Notes: generated by a model not told the origin, from the sequence alone. DNA of 61,304 nt, filler included, from Asterionella formosa (GCA_002256025.1; 4 parts of 4 records of this genome joined end to end with filler, not necessarily neighbours in it), one strand, 5' to 3'. Positions 47,555-58,823 are shown, counted from the whole stretch's first letter. Made by a program: numbers and translations.

Positions 47555-50500
47555 CTATTTGGTCATTTTGGTGCCCTTCGCTTTGCCTATAGTTTCAGAT
47601 TCTGTGTCATAGAACCAATCATCATCTTCCAGTTGAAAAAGACCCGGGACAAACCTTCCATCCCTTGAGTAATTGTCCAATCGCTTGTAGCCTCGTCCTT
47701 TCTGCCGTTTGCGTGGGCGTGGGTTGCCTTCCATGTCCGATTGGTCACCCAGGTAAGGGTCATCATCAGTCAGCCTATCTGCGGGCCTTCGCACAGCCAT
47801 GACTACTTCATTGGCATCCATATCATCTTGGGCTCCTGTTCGGAGGAACGTCAAGTCAACAACATTCCCGAATTTTGAAGAATCCATGCAATCATCATCC
47901 TCAGTCTTCACAGGCACACCGAGTGGATCAGGTGAACCCCAGGTTTTACCTTCATCGTCACTGCTAATGACAACCACTTCCGAAAACGAAACTTCCATCG
48001 GGTCAATGATAACGACATCGCTGGCATCATCATCATTGAAAACTGGTGCTGCATCATCAAGCCCAACTTTTTTGACAGCAAGCATAGGCGCTTCAATGCC
48101 AACAGAAACCAGAAAATCCTTGACCCATTGCATAGTTATCTGATGATCCAGCAGAAACGAAAGTGCATCTACTCGAAGGGTCTTCCATCCTACTCGCTCG
48201 ATTGACCTTTGCTGTTGAAACATCGATTTCCATTCTCCGAGGGACTCACCAGCTCCTTCAATGATGGCTGCCGCACGAGACCCAGAATGGGGACTTTCCA
48301 CACTTATACCCTTATTCCAAATTTTCCCCATTGAGCGATGGCCAAAATTTTCTTGTGCCAAGGCGCTTCGAAAGAGAGCAGATACTTGACGCTCAAACAT
48401 ACCAGTAGAATTTGGTTCATCCATCGTGGTATCCTCTATATCTTCGTTGTGTAGCTGAGCAAAGAAACCAATAATTGGAATTTTGATGTCCTGATTGTTA
48501 GATACGTGATTTGTGTTGATACTTCTGACAAGCACCAACCTATCACGGGCTCTAGATAGAGCTACATTGGCACGTTGGGCATGCATTAACTGAGTTTGAG
48601 AAGGGACGCTACCGGGAGAACAAACTAGGCTCAGAAAGACAATATCACGCTCTGCTCCCTGGAAGGAAGGAGGTTCTCCAACAAGAATATTATGTTCATT
48701 CATTTTTTGAGGCCCGATGACATCAAGGAGTCTTCCTCGAATAAGCCTGCTTTGGTCATCTCCTATTAAAGAAATGACACCAATACTTCGGGGGTGTCCA
48801 CTCGCATCATCACGGGAGACTTGATCTCGAATCATTTCAATGATCTTATCGCACTCTTTCTCGTTGATTTTTCCCACTTTGACACCTTCCACTTCTATAT
48901 CAACAAGTGATGGCGACAAACGCTCTTGACTTGTTGGTAATCGTAGTGGAACAAGTCGATTGTTGTAGAACTGACTGTTGCTGAATGCTATAATCTCTGG
49001 GGCACATCGAAAATGCTCCCGTAGAACTGCGCGGCCTTGAGGATACGCTTGACTACAAAGATCGAAAAAGCTGCACCCCGGTAAAAGCGATTCATCAAAT
49101 GGCGATTCAGGAACAGCAGCGCGGAGGTTGACAATGGAAACCTCAGAAATGAAAGCCTCCGTGGGGCTTACTTGTTTGCCGTCACCCACAATCAACCACT
49201 GTTTGCCTCGAAGAATTCCTGGTAAAGCTGTCACATCACTTTGTGATGCTTCATCAAGAACCACAAGGTCAAATAGGTCAAACTCGGCTGGTAAGTAGTC
49301 ACTAATCTGAGAAGAAGTAAGAATCCAGCAGGGGATGTAACGAACGCACCGCTCAAAGGCATCTAAATACTCTTGTCGATGACGGCGTTGACGCTGTGAG
49401 AGTTTGCTCAATTGTGCTGACTTTCCGAACTTCGACCTTGCCGCTATTTGGGAAAATCGGATGAGCTGACGTTGTGCTTCAACGTCAAACATACGACTTA
49501 GTTGGGTCATCATTGTCGCCTCAACCAATTCGGTGGACAACTGTTGAAGTTGACTTGCCACTTGCGTCCGTCTTAAATCAAGTTGCATTGCCTCCGCAGC
49601 CACTTTGCAAGTATCGAACAACTCATAATTCCACACAAGCTCCTTCAACTCTGACAGTTTCTTCATCCATACAATAAACTCCTTGTCGATACGCCTTCTC
49701 CCGCCGTTGTTCCTCATCACCTTGTCAACTGCCCACCCATTGGTAGTAATCAAGGGTTCCAACGTTGTCCTAATAAAATTATCGATCTCATGCTCCCGTC
49801 GAAGGGCAGAACAGACTATCTCCCAGTCAGACTTGGAAACAGGAGATTTTCCATCAAGGAGAAGACTTCCAACCAATTCGGTTAATTTTGCACATCTTGT
49901 TGTCAAACCCAAGAGGTTGCCGATGCCCGGTACTTTAGCGATGAATTGACTTACTGATGTGTTCAAGGACGACAGCGTCTCGCCTGCTTTTGATGCAACT
50001 AATGTGATCAAATTTCCAGAAACTGGACAAGAAAAGCCACTCACTCTCTCGATAATGTCCGAGGAATCAACAAACATCATATCGGCCCTTTCGGCAATCT
50101 CGTGAGCCTCCTCCACGCTAATTTTTCTCGCGGCTTCCAGCATCCATGGCACTTCATTCATCATTGAAATCGAAATATTCATAACTTTTTGCCCTTCCTC
50201 TGAGTGGACGAAGCGCGTTCTATGGTGAGCCTGAACCTCCAGCTTTGTATCAATTGATCTCACCTCTCCCTCAAGTGTATCAATCTTTCGTTGAAGAACT
50301 AGGCATCGCTCTTTGTGTACATCGTTGTTGAGACCAGATATTCTATCAGCGAGATGCTCCACTGTTTGTTGCAATTGACGCATACCCTGTGATTCACTCA
50401 TGGACACATCAACACACAATTCTCTTACACATGGTGGCAATCGATGTCGCAACACCGAGAGTGCTGGAGCACCCTTGGAGGTTACCAGCACCCTTTTCCC

Positions 50501-51985
50501 TTGAGATAGGTAATCACATACAATATTTGCAATGGTTTGACTTTTGCCACTACCTGGAGGCCCCTCACACACTACTGCAGGAACCCCTCTGGCAAGCAAC
50601 ATGGAAATTTGAGTCTGTGTTTCTGAGGTTGGCAGAGGCAATAAAGGCTTTATTGGCAGATCGGAATGTTTCGCAGTGCTTCCAGCAAATATTGATTTCA
50701 TGGAAATCCATACATCATGAAAATTATTTGCTCTTCCTTTGCTTCTACTTAACAAGTCCATCACTGCAGGACCATGTGTTAACGACCATGCAGCCATAGG
50801 TAGGCTCGATGCTGGTTGGGCCATTACATTTTCAGCCATTTTCGATGCATCTCGTGCCCACACAGTGCCCGGTTTGGGTCTATGAAAGACACACCAGTCA
50901 TCTGTCACAACCAGTTTCTTTGGATCAACATTGTTATACACATCGGCTGCACTAACAAAGCAACCATCAGGTGAAAGCTCAACAGCCAAACCTCTTAACA
51001 ATTTTGAATAAGTGTGTGGCTCTCCTGGAGCAAATTCATAAGTTTCTATTTCTGAAACGGTCCGATGCCACGAAGTAATTACATCAGTAGATCGAGTCAA
51101 AGCTGTCATTACTTCAGCATTGAGGTGTACGCCAGCATGTTGGCGTGGTCGAACTAACAAAGCTCCATCTCGAGCCAATTCCACTTCAACTAGTACTTCT
51201 AGTAATGGTCCATTCACAATCCTGCCATCCTCCAGCTGCTGCATTCCGTTCCCAAAGCCCCAAACTAAATCATCGTTCTCCCTTGCCTCCTGTAAACAAT
51301 CAAAGAGTCTATTGTATAGTGGTTCCAGTTCTTGTTTCATTGCAGCTCGCTTGAGGTACGTTTTGTATTGCCTAAGAAAATTTTTGATTTCTGTTTGTTG
51401 ATTTTGGCTCATGGAGGGTGGAGGCTTTGGTGCAGTGGCGAGTTGTTCTAGCGTCAATATTTTGGAGGAATTTATTCTCGAAATCAAATTCCATTGTTGC
51501 AAATACTCTTCAACTGCTGCACTTTTTGTCGAGGGTTTTGTTCGTTGTGACGTGAATCTAGTCAATCGAAGCCAACATGGTCTGTTATTATTAAAAGACA
51601 TGTTGGCTTCTAGTTTGTTAGTAGTTTTATATGTTTTTCGTTTGTTGGCGTCGGCTGTTGTTGCTATTGTTGTTCTGTTGGAGGAATAAAAGGAAAATGG
51701 CGGTGTACCACCCAGTTCAGCAGTGTGCTTCGTAATGCGACGAAAGTCATTTGTCGTGAATAGTATTCTATCTTCTATTCCCTGGAAATAGGCCAAAGTT
51801 TTGCCACTGGCATGTTCACGAACAAAGGAAAGTCGATCCACATCGTCGGCACCTACTTGGTGCATTTTCGAAATGTAATGTAAAATTTGAGCCAAACGCT
51901 TTTTGTGAGTCGCTTCCGCATCAGTTAGGGACGATAAAGTCACTGCCTTCGTCCATGATGATGATGATGATGATGTGGATTCCAT
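47555..51985 (-). CDS. Superfamily-1 (UPF1/DNA2-like) helicase of bacterial architecture with a C-terminal Vsr/MTES_1575-like domain
   Basis: Walker A EGPPGSGKSQTIANI, KRVLVTS, DEASQ, GDGKQ, LREHFRC, FQGAERD and NVALSRARD. C-terminal QRSIERVGWKTLRV. Single open frame of ~4.4 kb; first ATG at 51985. Confidence 0.88.
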   Translation of the reverse strand: MESTSSSSSSWTKAVTLSSLTDAEATHKKRLAQILHYISKMHQVGADDVDRLSFVREHASGKTLAYFQGIEDRILFTTNDFRRITKHTAELGGTPPFSFYSSNRTTIATTADANKRKTYKTTNKLEANMSFNNNRPCWLRLTRFTSQRTKPSTKSAAVEEYLQQWNLISRINSSKILTLEQLATAPKPPPSMSQNQQTEIKNFLRQYKTYLKRAAMKQELEPLYNRLFDCLQEARENDDLVWGFGNGMQQLEDGRIVNGPLLEVLVEVELARDGALLVRPRQHAGVHLNAEVMTALTRSTDVITSWHRTVSEIETYEFAPGEPHTYSKLLRGLAVELSPDGCFVSAADVYNNVDPKKLVVTDDWCVFHRPKPGTVWARDASKMAENVMAQPASSLPMAAWSLTHGPAVMDLLSRSKGRANNFHDVWISMKSIFAGSTAKHSDLPIKPLLPLPTSETQTQISMLLARGVPAVVCEGPPGSGKSQTIANIVCDYLSQGKRVLVTSKGAPALSVLRHRLPPCVRELCVDVSMSESQGMRQLQQTVEHLADRISGLNNDVHKERCLVLQRKIDTLEGEVRSIDTKLEVQAHHRTRFVHSEEGQKVMNISISMMNEVPWMLEAARKISVEEAHEIAERADMMFVDSSDIIERVSGFSCPVSGNLITLVASKAGETLSSLNTSVSQFIAKVPGIGNLLGLTTRCAKLTELVGSLLLDGKSPVSKSDWEIVCSALRREHEIDNFIRTTLEPLITTNGWAVDKVMRNNGGRRRIDKEFIVWMKKLSELKELVWNYELFDTCKVAAEAMQLDLRRTQVASQLQQLSTELVEATMMTQLSRMFDVEAQRQLIRFSQIAARSKFGKSAQLSKLSQRQRRHRQEYLDAFERCVRYIPCWILTSSQISDYLPAEFDLFDLVVLDEASQSDVTALPGILRGKQWLIVGDGKQVSPTEAFISEVSIVNLRAAVPESPFDESLLPGCSFFDLCSQAYPQGRAVLREHFRCAPEIIAFSNSQFYNNRLVPLRLPTSQERLSPSLVDIEVEGVKVGKINEKECDKIIEMIRDQVSRDDASGHPRSIGVISLIGDDQSRLIRGRLLDVIGPQKMNEHNILVGEPPSFQGAERDIVFLSLVCSPGSVPSQTQLMHAQRANVALSRARDRLVLVRSINTNHVSNNQDIKIPIIGFFAQLHNEDIEDTTMDEPNSTGMFERQVSALFRSALAQENFGHRSMGKIWNKGISVESPHSGSRAAAIIEGAGESLGEWKSMFQQQRSIERVGWKTLRVDALSFLLDHQITMQWVKDFLVSVGIEAPMLAVKKVGLDDAAPVFNDDDASDVVIIDPMEVSFSEVVVISSDDEGKTWGSPDPLGVPVKTEDDDCMDSSKFGNVVDLTFLRTGAQDDMDANEVVMAVRRPADRLTDDDPYLGDQSDMEGNPRPRKRQKGRGYKRLDNYSRDGRFVPGLFQLEDDDWFYDTESETIGKAKGTKMTK

Positions 51986-52835
51986 CGTTCGCTGAGATTG
52001 CTTTGCTGCTGGTGTAATTGTAACAGCGGTAGTATTTATAGAATCGAAGAATAGAAATGATATTGCTGATAGAACGAGTATACCGGGGCGGGGGTAGGTA
52101 GACAAAAAGCAATAATCGATAAAGCAAATCGAGATTGAGAGAATTCAGCCAAGAAGTGGTTTACACACGTACATACATTTATGTACGGACGGCTGCATAA
52201 ATTCATAATTCGTAACAAGAATCGTCATCGCGCCATCGTCGTAGGCCGATGCCGCCGCGTCTACATACCGGTAGTCCTTTCGTCCCTTTCAAATTGCTTA
52301 CCGGTGCCTACTTACTAACTACAGTATCGGTATGGACATAGCGTTGGATCGTGTTTGATCCAGACGAGGAGGCCAAAGCCATGCGAAGTGCCGTGCGGTG
52401 AATGAGACATTTAGCTTGGTTTTCTTTCTAGTGAGAACCGTCTTTTACCGAACCTCCCTGTAATAACTCCTTGTACTCATTCGTTGTTTCAGTGTAGGTA
52501 CTGTACCTCCCGGGATACACTTGTTATTTATACTCCCCCACCCACCTGCGTCTGATACGTACGTACCTGGCAGTCCACTCCAATACCGGGATCATGTCGT
52601 AGCAAAATGCCCTCGCATCACGCATTTGCTTGGCTTTCTTCGTACTCGCTCTTTTAAAGTATTGCATGTTGCTCATACATATATATAGTCGAGGCTCAAT
52701 AACGCGTACTTAAAAATTTAGTTACCACATATATATAAGAATATCTGTATGTGCATGTGTGTATGTACCGGTAGCTGTTGTTCTTGTTCTTTTCCATTGC
52801 AGCATACCATTAAGTGAGTAATCGAGCAGTTGACG

Positions 52836-53885
52836 ATGAAGTGTTCAGTTCCCTTCCTTCTGCTCCTTATCGCATTAGCTCCAACATGCCAGTCTCTCAG
52901 CAATATCTTCCCCAACCTCCTTGACACACTCGAAATGGCGCTCTTGTCGAGTGTTGTGTATCAGATGTGGGGGTCCGACGGATGCAACGCCACCTTGCTT
53001 CCACAGGACGTGACATGTCACTACTATCATCACGACAAGTCGCAGGGGGCTCAAGTCTTGGTAGTCACTTCCGACGATTATATTGCCATCGTATTTGCGG
53101 GAACGGACGATTTGCGAACCAGCATTGCAGACGGAGACATACTGCTAAAGCCATTTGGACCACTAGACGAACTGGGTGACAGCATTAAACTTCCTGGACC
53201 AGCTAGAGTGCATGCCGGATTTGACAATGCTGTCTTTGAAGATGGACTATACGACACTGTGGTGGAAGTTGTCAATGAGCTGCGAGAAATAAACGCCAAT
53301 TACCGATTATTCACGACAGGCCACTCGCTGGGGGCGTCCGATTCACTCTTGCTCAGCGTAGGACTTGCCTTGGACTACCCAGATTTGACTATTTCCAACA
53401 TTAATTTCGGATGTCCCCGGACTGGAAATCATGAATGGAGGCAGCGGATTCATCACTCCTTGCCAAATTTGAGTGTCTTTCGGTTCGTCCTGGGCTGGGA
53501 CTTGGTACCGAGACTGCCAGAATATCCCTTTCATCACGTTGGTCACACGGTCCAACTCGACACGGACAGTGCCAAGGCATATTATTTGCATAATGGCAAC
53601 GCAACATTAGATTATTCCGGAGTGCCAATGGGATGGGACAGTATGCCGTTCTTTTGGCTCCCAGGAGCCTTAACATCGCATCACATAACGCGGTATCAAG
53701 ACTTTTTTCTTCAATTCAGTGTACCAAATGAAGAGTTGTTTTTTGTGGATAAGTTTGAGCGTGTAACGCCAATAAATGATGATCATCCTCCAAATGTCAA
53801 TGATGATAAATATGTGAATCCACCAGATGACATGTTAATGTTCGAGGAGGAGCTGCTGTTGACAAGTTATGCCGCTGTCGGCTAA
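52836..53885 (+). CDS. Secreted class 3 lipase
   Basis: Signal peptide; motifs IVFAGTD, VHAGF, nucleophile elbow GHSLG, NFGCPRTGN, DLVPRLP and HVG. Confidence 0.93.
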   Translation: MKCSVPFLLLLIALAPTCQSLSNIFPNLLDTLEMALLSSVVYQMWGSDGCNATLLPQDVTCHYYHHDKSQGAQVLVVTSDDYIAIVFAGTDDLRTSIADGDILLKPFGPLDELGDSIKLPGPARVHAGFDNAVFEDGLYDTVVEVVNELREINANYRLFTTGHSLGASDSLLLSVGLALDYPDLTISNINFGCPRTGNHEWRQRIHHSLPNLSVFRFVLGWDLVPRLPEYPFHHVGHTVQLDTDSAKAYYLHNGNATLDYSGVPMGWDSMPFFWLPGALTSHHITRYQDFFLQFSVPNEELFFVDKFERVTPINDDHPPNVNDDKYVNPPDDMLMFEEELLLTSYAAVG

Positions 53886-54259
53886 GCTTGCAGTCGCATC
53901 ATTGATGGTCTCATTGAAAAGTGTTATACTTTATCCGCTGCGGCTTTTCAGTCATTCTAAGATTTTTACATCCATGTTCTGAAAACCTTGCTAACGACGA
54001 TTGCCTATGTACAAAATTTCCACTTGTTTCGTCTCATGAGAAGGGTAAAACCTTCGCGACAACAATGAATTCCAGCACGGCACACTACCGGCAGTTGGAC
54101 TCCGTGCCAACTCTGAACAAAAAACAACATGTATAGTCCCCCTTCTACTACATTCTTTTCCAACTTGGAGCCTTGAATGAGGCAACGGAACAATGCAATT
54201 TAATATTTGTGTTTTTAATTTGAAAGAAGAGTTAATTCCAACATTTTAACTACACATTA

Positions 54260-55003
54260 TCATCTCTTTAAATACTGCTTAAAAAACAATCTCACTTGAT
54301 CCTTTTGCTCCTCCGTCTCGGGTGAATTAATAGGTGTAGCTGGGTTCCGAACATTGGCATATGTTTGAATTCGTTCCAGTGCTTCTTCCGCACCCATACC
54401 ATTATACATACACCCTAACATACAAGCAGCGACAAGCCCTGCTCGTCCTTTGCCTCCCCAACAATGTAAGTATAGTACTTCATCCTCTTTCTCTTCCATT
54501 CTACGTTTCAATTCACCAGTAAGTTGCACTAAATCGTCCATACTATCGGCAGGTTGAAAATCTCGAATCCCCATGTATATAAACTTAGCAGGCGTATCGG
54601 GATAAAACTGATTGGCCTCCATGGCATAATTCACAAATCCAGGCATGATGTTGCATGTCGCTTCCCCAGCAGACAGTTCTTCACCAAATACTAAAGTATC
54701 TGGTGATTGTGGCGGTACTTCTGCTTGTAGACAAACAAATGTCGTAACACCAAAGTCTTGTCGTAAGACACGCATTCGTTCCAAGCTATCACCACGACCT
54801 GATCCAGGGTTTCGGCCCTGTATTAGTTTTCCAGGAATGACCCAATTGGCATAAGGTGAAATGAAATGAGATTGTCGAAGTGTTGGCAAGTCTGAAAGCG
54901 ATGTAATGATGAGCGCATTTGTTGGATGGATTGTTGTCCCCCAAGTTAGCAGTATGACGAATACTATCGTGTTGGTGACAGCAGTTATGGCAACATAAAC
55001 CAT
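54260..55003 (-). CDS. Cys-based protein tyrosine / dual-specificity phosphatase-like protein
   Basis: P-loop YLHCWGGKGRAG (CX5R), NWVIPGKL and SPETEEQ. Hydrophobic N-terminal signal. Confidence 0.9.
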   Translation of the reverse strand: MVYVAITAVTNTIVFVILLTWGTTIHPTNALIITSLSDLPTLRQSHFISPYANWVIPGKLIQGRNPGSGRGDSLERMRVLRQDFGVTTFVCLQAEVPPQSPDTLVFGEELSAGEATCNIMPGFVNYAMEANQFYPDTPAKFIYMGIRDFQPADSMDDLVQLTGELKRRMEEKEDEVLYLHCWGGKGRAGLVAACMLGCMYNGMGAEEALERIQTYANVRNPATPINSPETEEQKDQVRLFFKQYLKR

Positions 55004-55451
55004 GGCGTGATATAATATGGTGCTGCTATTATCTCATAGGACTACATGTCACATTTTATTTTTATCATAAAAGACAGCAAAAGCCTGCAGAATCTTGGAT
55101 CAAGCTGTTGCAATAAGAAGTAAAGACAAACAAAGGAATCCAAGATTCTCGAATATTTGATTTCTAACAATCATATTATTTGCCTTCTGCTTTGCATGCG
55201 CGCTGTTTTTAGCTTACAAAAAGGAGTCTACTTTTTTAAACAAAAATTTTGAAACTCCCATCCCCCATGATCAAGCATTAAAAAAAGGCGCAAACAATCA
55301 TGATTGGCTTCTCCATCGTTGACAGGGCCACCTTGGCTTTAGTGTTCTCATTTTTCGAAATCCAGGAGATTATCATGACCCATCATTCATTTCCTCGCGT
55401 ACCTGTACCCACCACAACAAGCAAAAAAATAATTCAATCAACAGTATCACC

Positions 55452-56375
55452 ATGATGAAGGAATACAATCAACCATTCGTCTACCTCCATTCGTTTCCAC
55501 CCACTCCTCATTGCTGCAACATGAGTCCCTTTGCCATGAAGGTCGAGAGTTACCTTCGCGCTCACAAGATTCCTTACGAAATGGTCTACACTTCTAAATT
55601 CGGCGATAAGAATATGATTCCGTACATGCGACTTGGCCATCCCGACGAAGGGGAAGAAGTCTCGGACAGTAACGTCATTCTCACCAGATTGAAGAAGGAC
55701 TACGGCGACAAGCTCGACCAGCACCTGTCCGTTGAGCAGAAAGCTGTGGCTCATGCGTTTACTCGAATGTTGGAAGAACACACGGCACAAATCGCCTTTC
55801 ACTACCGATATGGGTTGAACATGCCTGAATTTTGCCGCGTGTTGGATATTCCTGATCGAATTTTTGATGCCGAGACATCGCCTAAAGGAGCCATCAGGAG
55901 CTCCATGTTCATGAAGGCTCAGTCATCGCACACTTTGATGAAAACGAAGTACAGAGGGTTAGCCAAGCACACTGACGATGAGTTGTGGGATTTTAGTAAT
56001 CAAGACATCAAGGCCCTGTCAGATTTTTTGGGATCGAACCTCTTCTTTTTTGGGGATGAAGTGACATCATTGGATTGTACTGTTTTTGGTCACCTCTCAC
56101 AATTTATATACATTCCACTTCCTTCTCCACAAAAGAAGTATATGCAAGAGGAGTGTGCTAATTTAGTAGCCTTTGTGGAGCGTTTCCGCAAATTGTATTG
56201 GTCTGACTGGGTGGCTAGGTGCGAAAAACAGCCCAATGCCAAATACGCTCAGGAAGACGACAAAGACAATGCAACTACACCAAAACGCACAATCATGATC
56301 ACTGGTGGTTTATCTGTGTTGTTGTTGGCAGCCACGCTATTGTTCTCAACATTACGGGTCCCACGCGCCAAGTGA
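55452..56375 (+). CDS. FAXC/metaxin-like glutathione S-transferase-fold protein with C-terminal membrane anchor
   Basis: Motifs SPFAMKVESYLR, IPY, VSDSNVI, RMLEEH and ALSDFLG...FFFGDEVTSLDCTVFGHL. Hydrophobic tail. Confidence 0.88.
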   Translation: MMKEYNQPFVYLHSFPPTPHCCNMSPFAMKVESYLRAHKIPYEMVYTSKFGDKNMIPYMRLGHPDEGEEVSDSNVILTRLKKDYGDKLDQHLSVEQKAVAHAFTRMLEEHTAQIAFHYRYGLNMPEFCRVLDIPDRIFDAETSPKGAIRSSMFMKAQSSHTLMKTKYRGLAKHTDDELWDFSNQDIKALSDFLGSNLFFFGDEVTSLDCTVFGHLSQFIYIPLPSPQKKYMQEECANLVAFVERFRKLYWSDWVARCEKQPNAKYAQEDDKDNATTPKRTIMITGGLSVLLLAATLLFSTLRVPRAK

Positions 56376-56536
56376 GCTCTTACCCAATTTACGCAAGAGT
56401 AACAGCTTCCAACTCATACCTTGGTCGACGCTGATTAGCGACAAGCTGATTATCATATCAATATAATCAAAAATGCGCAATAATAAGTATTATACAATTA
56501 TGGAAAGTACATGAGCCGAGCAAAACAGATAGATGG

Positions 56537-58288
56537 TTAGAAACCCATGGCACATCCATCGGCTCGGCCATCAGACCCAGCCCATAGTACTCCAGTCTCT
56601 CTATCTCGCTTGATGATTTGGGCTCGTCCAAACATACTCCTTGAATGGCCTGTAATGCATGCGTTCATGTTGTGTCCTCGCCGTTCCAATTCTGCCAACG
56701 AATCGCTTGGAATGCCATCCTCTAGTTGCACAGTGCCTGATGGTGTGCCGCAAGTTATACAAAAGCGAGGCAAGTCGACCGCAGCTTGCGGATCCATCCC
56801 TCCTGCCACCATGTCGACTGTTAGTTGCAAGTGTCCTTGGGGTTGCATGTTGCCCCCCATGTTGCTAATCGTAGCGTACAGCTCACCGCTATCCGCAAAA
56901 GTCAGCATTCCCGGAATAATTGTGTGACATGGTCTCTTTCCTCCAGCCAAACTGTTTGGATGACTCTCATCCAACGTGAAACCAAAGCCTCTATTTTGCA
57001 AAGTGAAGCCACAACCGTCTGGCATAATACCAGTCCCAAATCCCATATAATTGCTATTCACGAAACTTACAGCATTGCCTTCTTGGTCCACTACTTGAAA
57101 ACTTACTGTGCAACTCGACGGAAGTGGATCTCCCTGAATCGTAGCCCTGCTTGGGTCAAAAAGCGCCTCTGCTCGGCTCCCAATTCTCGCCTGGTCCAAG
57201 AGCCATTCTGGCGTCACGAGAGTATGATCAGGACAGGCTACGTGAGCACGTGCATCTGCAAATCCCAAACGCATCATTTCAATCATGACATGGTAGGCAT
57301 CCGCCTTGCCAATGTTGCCTGGTGAAATCATCGGGCATTTTCCTTTTTCTTCCAATGCTTGCAATCCTGAAAGTGCAACCAGCGCTGCCACACCTTGACC
57401 ATTTGGAGGTACTTGCCACAAGTCCACTCCTCGATAGTTGGCTGATATGGGAGTGGGAAAGAGCGATTCATGTTTGTGCAAGTCGTCTACTTCCATGACG
57501 CCTCCAAACTTCTTGATCGCATCTACAATTGCCTGACCTGTAGGTCCATTGTAAAAGCCGTCAGTAGCCCCAAGTTTCCCCAACTCCCTTAATACACGTG
57601 CCATGTCTGGATTGCAAAATATTTGGCCTGGCTTTGGTGCATTTTTCCCATCCACGGTCATGGGAACGATTGGATCCATTCCATTAACCCATTTCCTAAT
57701 TTGATTCATACCAGTGGCCCAATGATACGATGTCACTGGTGTAACTGGAAAGCCTTCCTCCGCTAGTACAGCAGCTGGCTCCATGAGTTCCGAAAACGAG
57801 AATATTCCGGATCCCTTCGTTTTATGCAAATCTTCCCACCCTCGTGCGGCACCTGGCACCGTCACAGAGTTGGCCGAAAATTGATAGTCTTGTTCTGATA
57901 TGCCACCTTTTCCATCGGGACAATGCTGTTTCAGCAACTCCATAGACAGCCGCTGTGCCGATTTTCCACTCCCATTAATGGCCGATACCTGTTGGTCCTT
58001 AGCATTGTAGTACAAACAGAACATGTCACCTCCCAGACCTGTCGAACAGGGTTCCAAGACAGCCAGTGCTGCGGCTATAGCTACTGCAGTATCCGCCGCA
58101 TTCGCTCCCTTTCGGAGCATGTCCAAGCCGACGCTACTTGCCAGGGGCTGACTGGTAGCAACACATGCATGGCGACATAAAAAGGGGGATCTTCTGGAGG
58201 TAAAGAGCAACGCGTCATCCTCGCTGTCGCCTTGCAGCAAAACATTCGTTGATGGTGCTAGGCTCGACGCCGCGAACCATTCGCCCAT
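56537..58288 (-). CDS. ggt: Gamma-glutamyltransferase (YwrD-like Ntn hydrolase)
   Basis: Motifs VATSQPLA, GANAADTAVA, EPCSTGLGGD, TVPGA, PPNGQG, nucleophile Thr in SCTVSF, LQNRG, KRPCHTIIP, MGGNMQPQG and GSDGRADG. First ATG at 58288. Confidence 0.94.
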   Translation of the reverse strand: MGEWFAASSLAPSTNVLLQGDSEDDALLFTSRRSPFLCRHACVATSQPLASSVGLDMLRKGANAADTAVAIAAALAVLEPCSTGLGGDMFCLYYNAKDQQVSAINGSGKSAQRLSMELLKQHCPDGKGGISEQDYQFSANSVTVPGAARGWEDLHKTKGSGIFSFSELMEPAAVLAEEGFPVTPVTSYHWATGMNQIRKWVNGMDPIVPMTVDGKNAPKPGQIFCNPDMARVLRELGKLGATDGFYNGPTGQAIVDAIKKFGGVMEVDDLHKHESLFPTPISANYRGVDLWQVPPNGQGVAALVALSGLQALEEKGKCPMISPGNIGKADAYHVMIEMMRLGFADARAHVACPDHTLVTPEWLLDQARIGSRAEALFDPSRATIQGDPLPSSCTVSFQVVDQEGNAVSFVNSNYMGFGTGIMPDGCGFTLQNRGFGFTLDESHPNSLAGGKRPCHTIIPGMLTFADSGELYATISNMGGNMQPQGHLQLTVDMVAGGMDPQAAVDLPRFCITCGTPSGTVQLEDGIPSDSLAELERRGHNMNACITGHSRSMFGRAQIIKRDRETGVLWAGSDGRADGCAMGF

Positions 58289-58823
58289 GCCTGACAATGA
58301 TTTGATGATGGCTTTCTATGTTCGTTTGATCCGCCATCATTATACATCAGTTTGTCGTCCACCCTATGTACTCAAATAGTCTCATTTTTACCTTACCGGT
58401 GCTGTACATGTTTTAGTGTAATACTCCGTACATTATATACCGGTAGTCTACCGTATTCAATAATTAGCAATGCTTACTCCTTACCGGCATGTTGTGCGCG
58501 GTATTCCCAGATCATATTGTACAGTACATACGTACTTTACGGTCAACACTCTCGCGTCAAATGTTCGCCACAGCCAGCATCCTCGAACAAATCCAAGGAT
58601 ACCGGCATCTATTACCAGTATCCTCGCTCGCAGCAGGGAGTCTCCACCCTCGCTCGGTCGTGTCTGTTTTCCCTCCATTTACAATTCTATTCATACCGGT
58701 ACTCAGTTGATTCAGCGTCCGTTGCTCTCCGTCAACATCTATACTTCAACTCCTTCAATTATTACTGTTTTGCATTGCATTGTCGCAATTCATGTCAGGC
58801 ATCACACTATAGATTTCGCAAAT

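Noticed and set aside
51675..51856. Possible intron in the helicase 5' region (GTAGGT...CCAACAG)
   Set aside because: At 182 nt it would shift a frame that is already open.
52340..52460. Possible snRNA (short hairpin and a CTTTTAC resembling U5 loop I)
   Set aside because: It lacks the invariant GCCTTTTAC loop, a closing stem and an Sm site.
58470..58823. 118-aa upstream extension of the FkbM ORF
   Set aside because: It has promoter/UTR-like composition, and ATG 58824 directly precedes the signal anchor.
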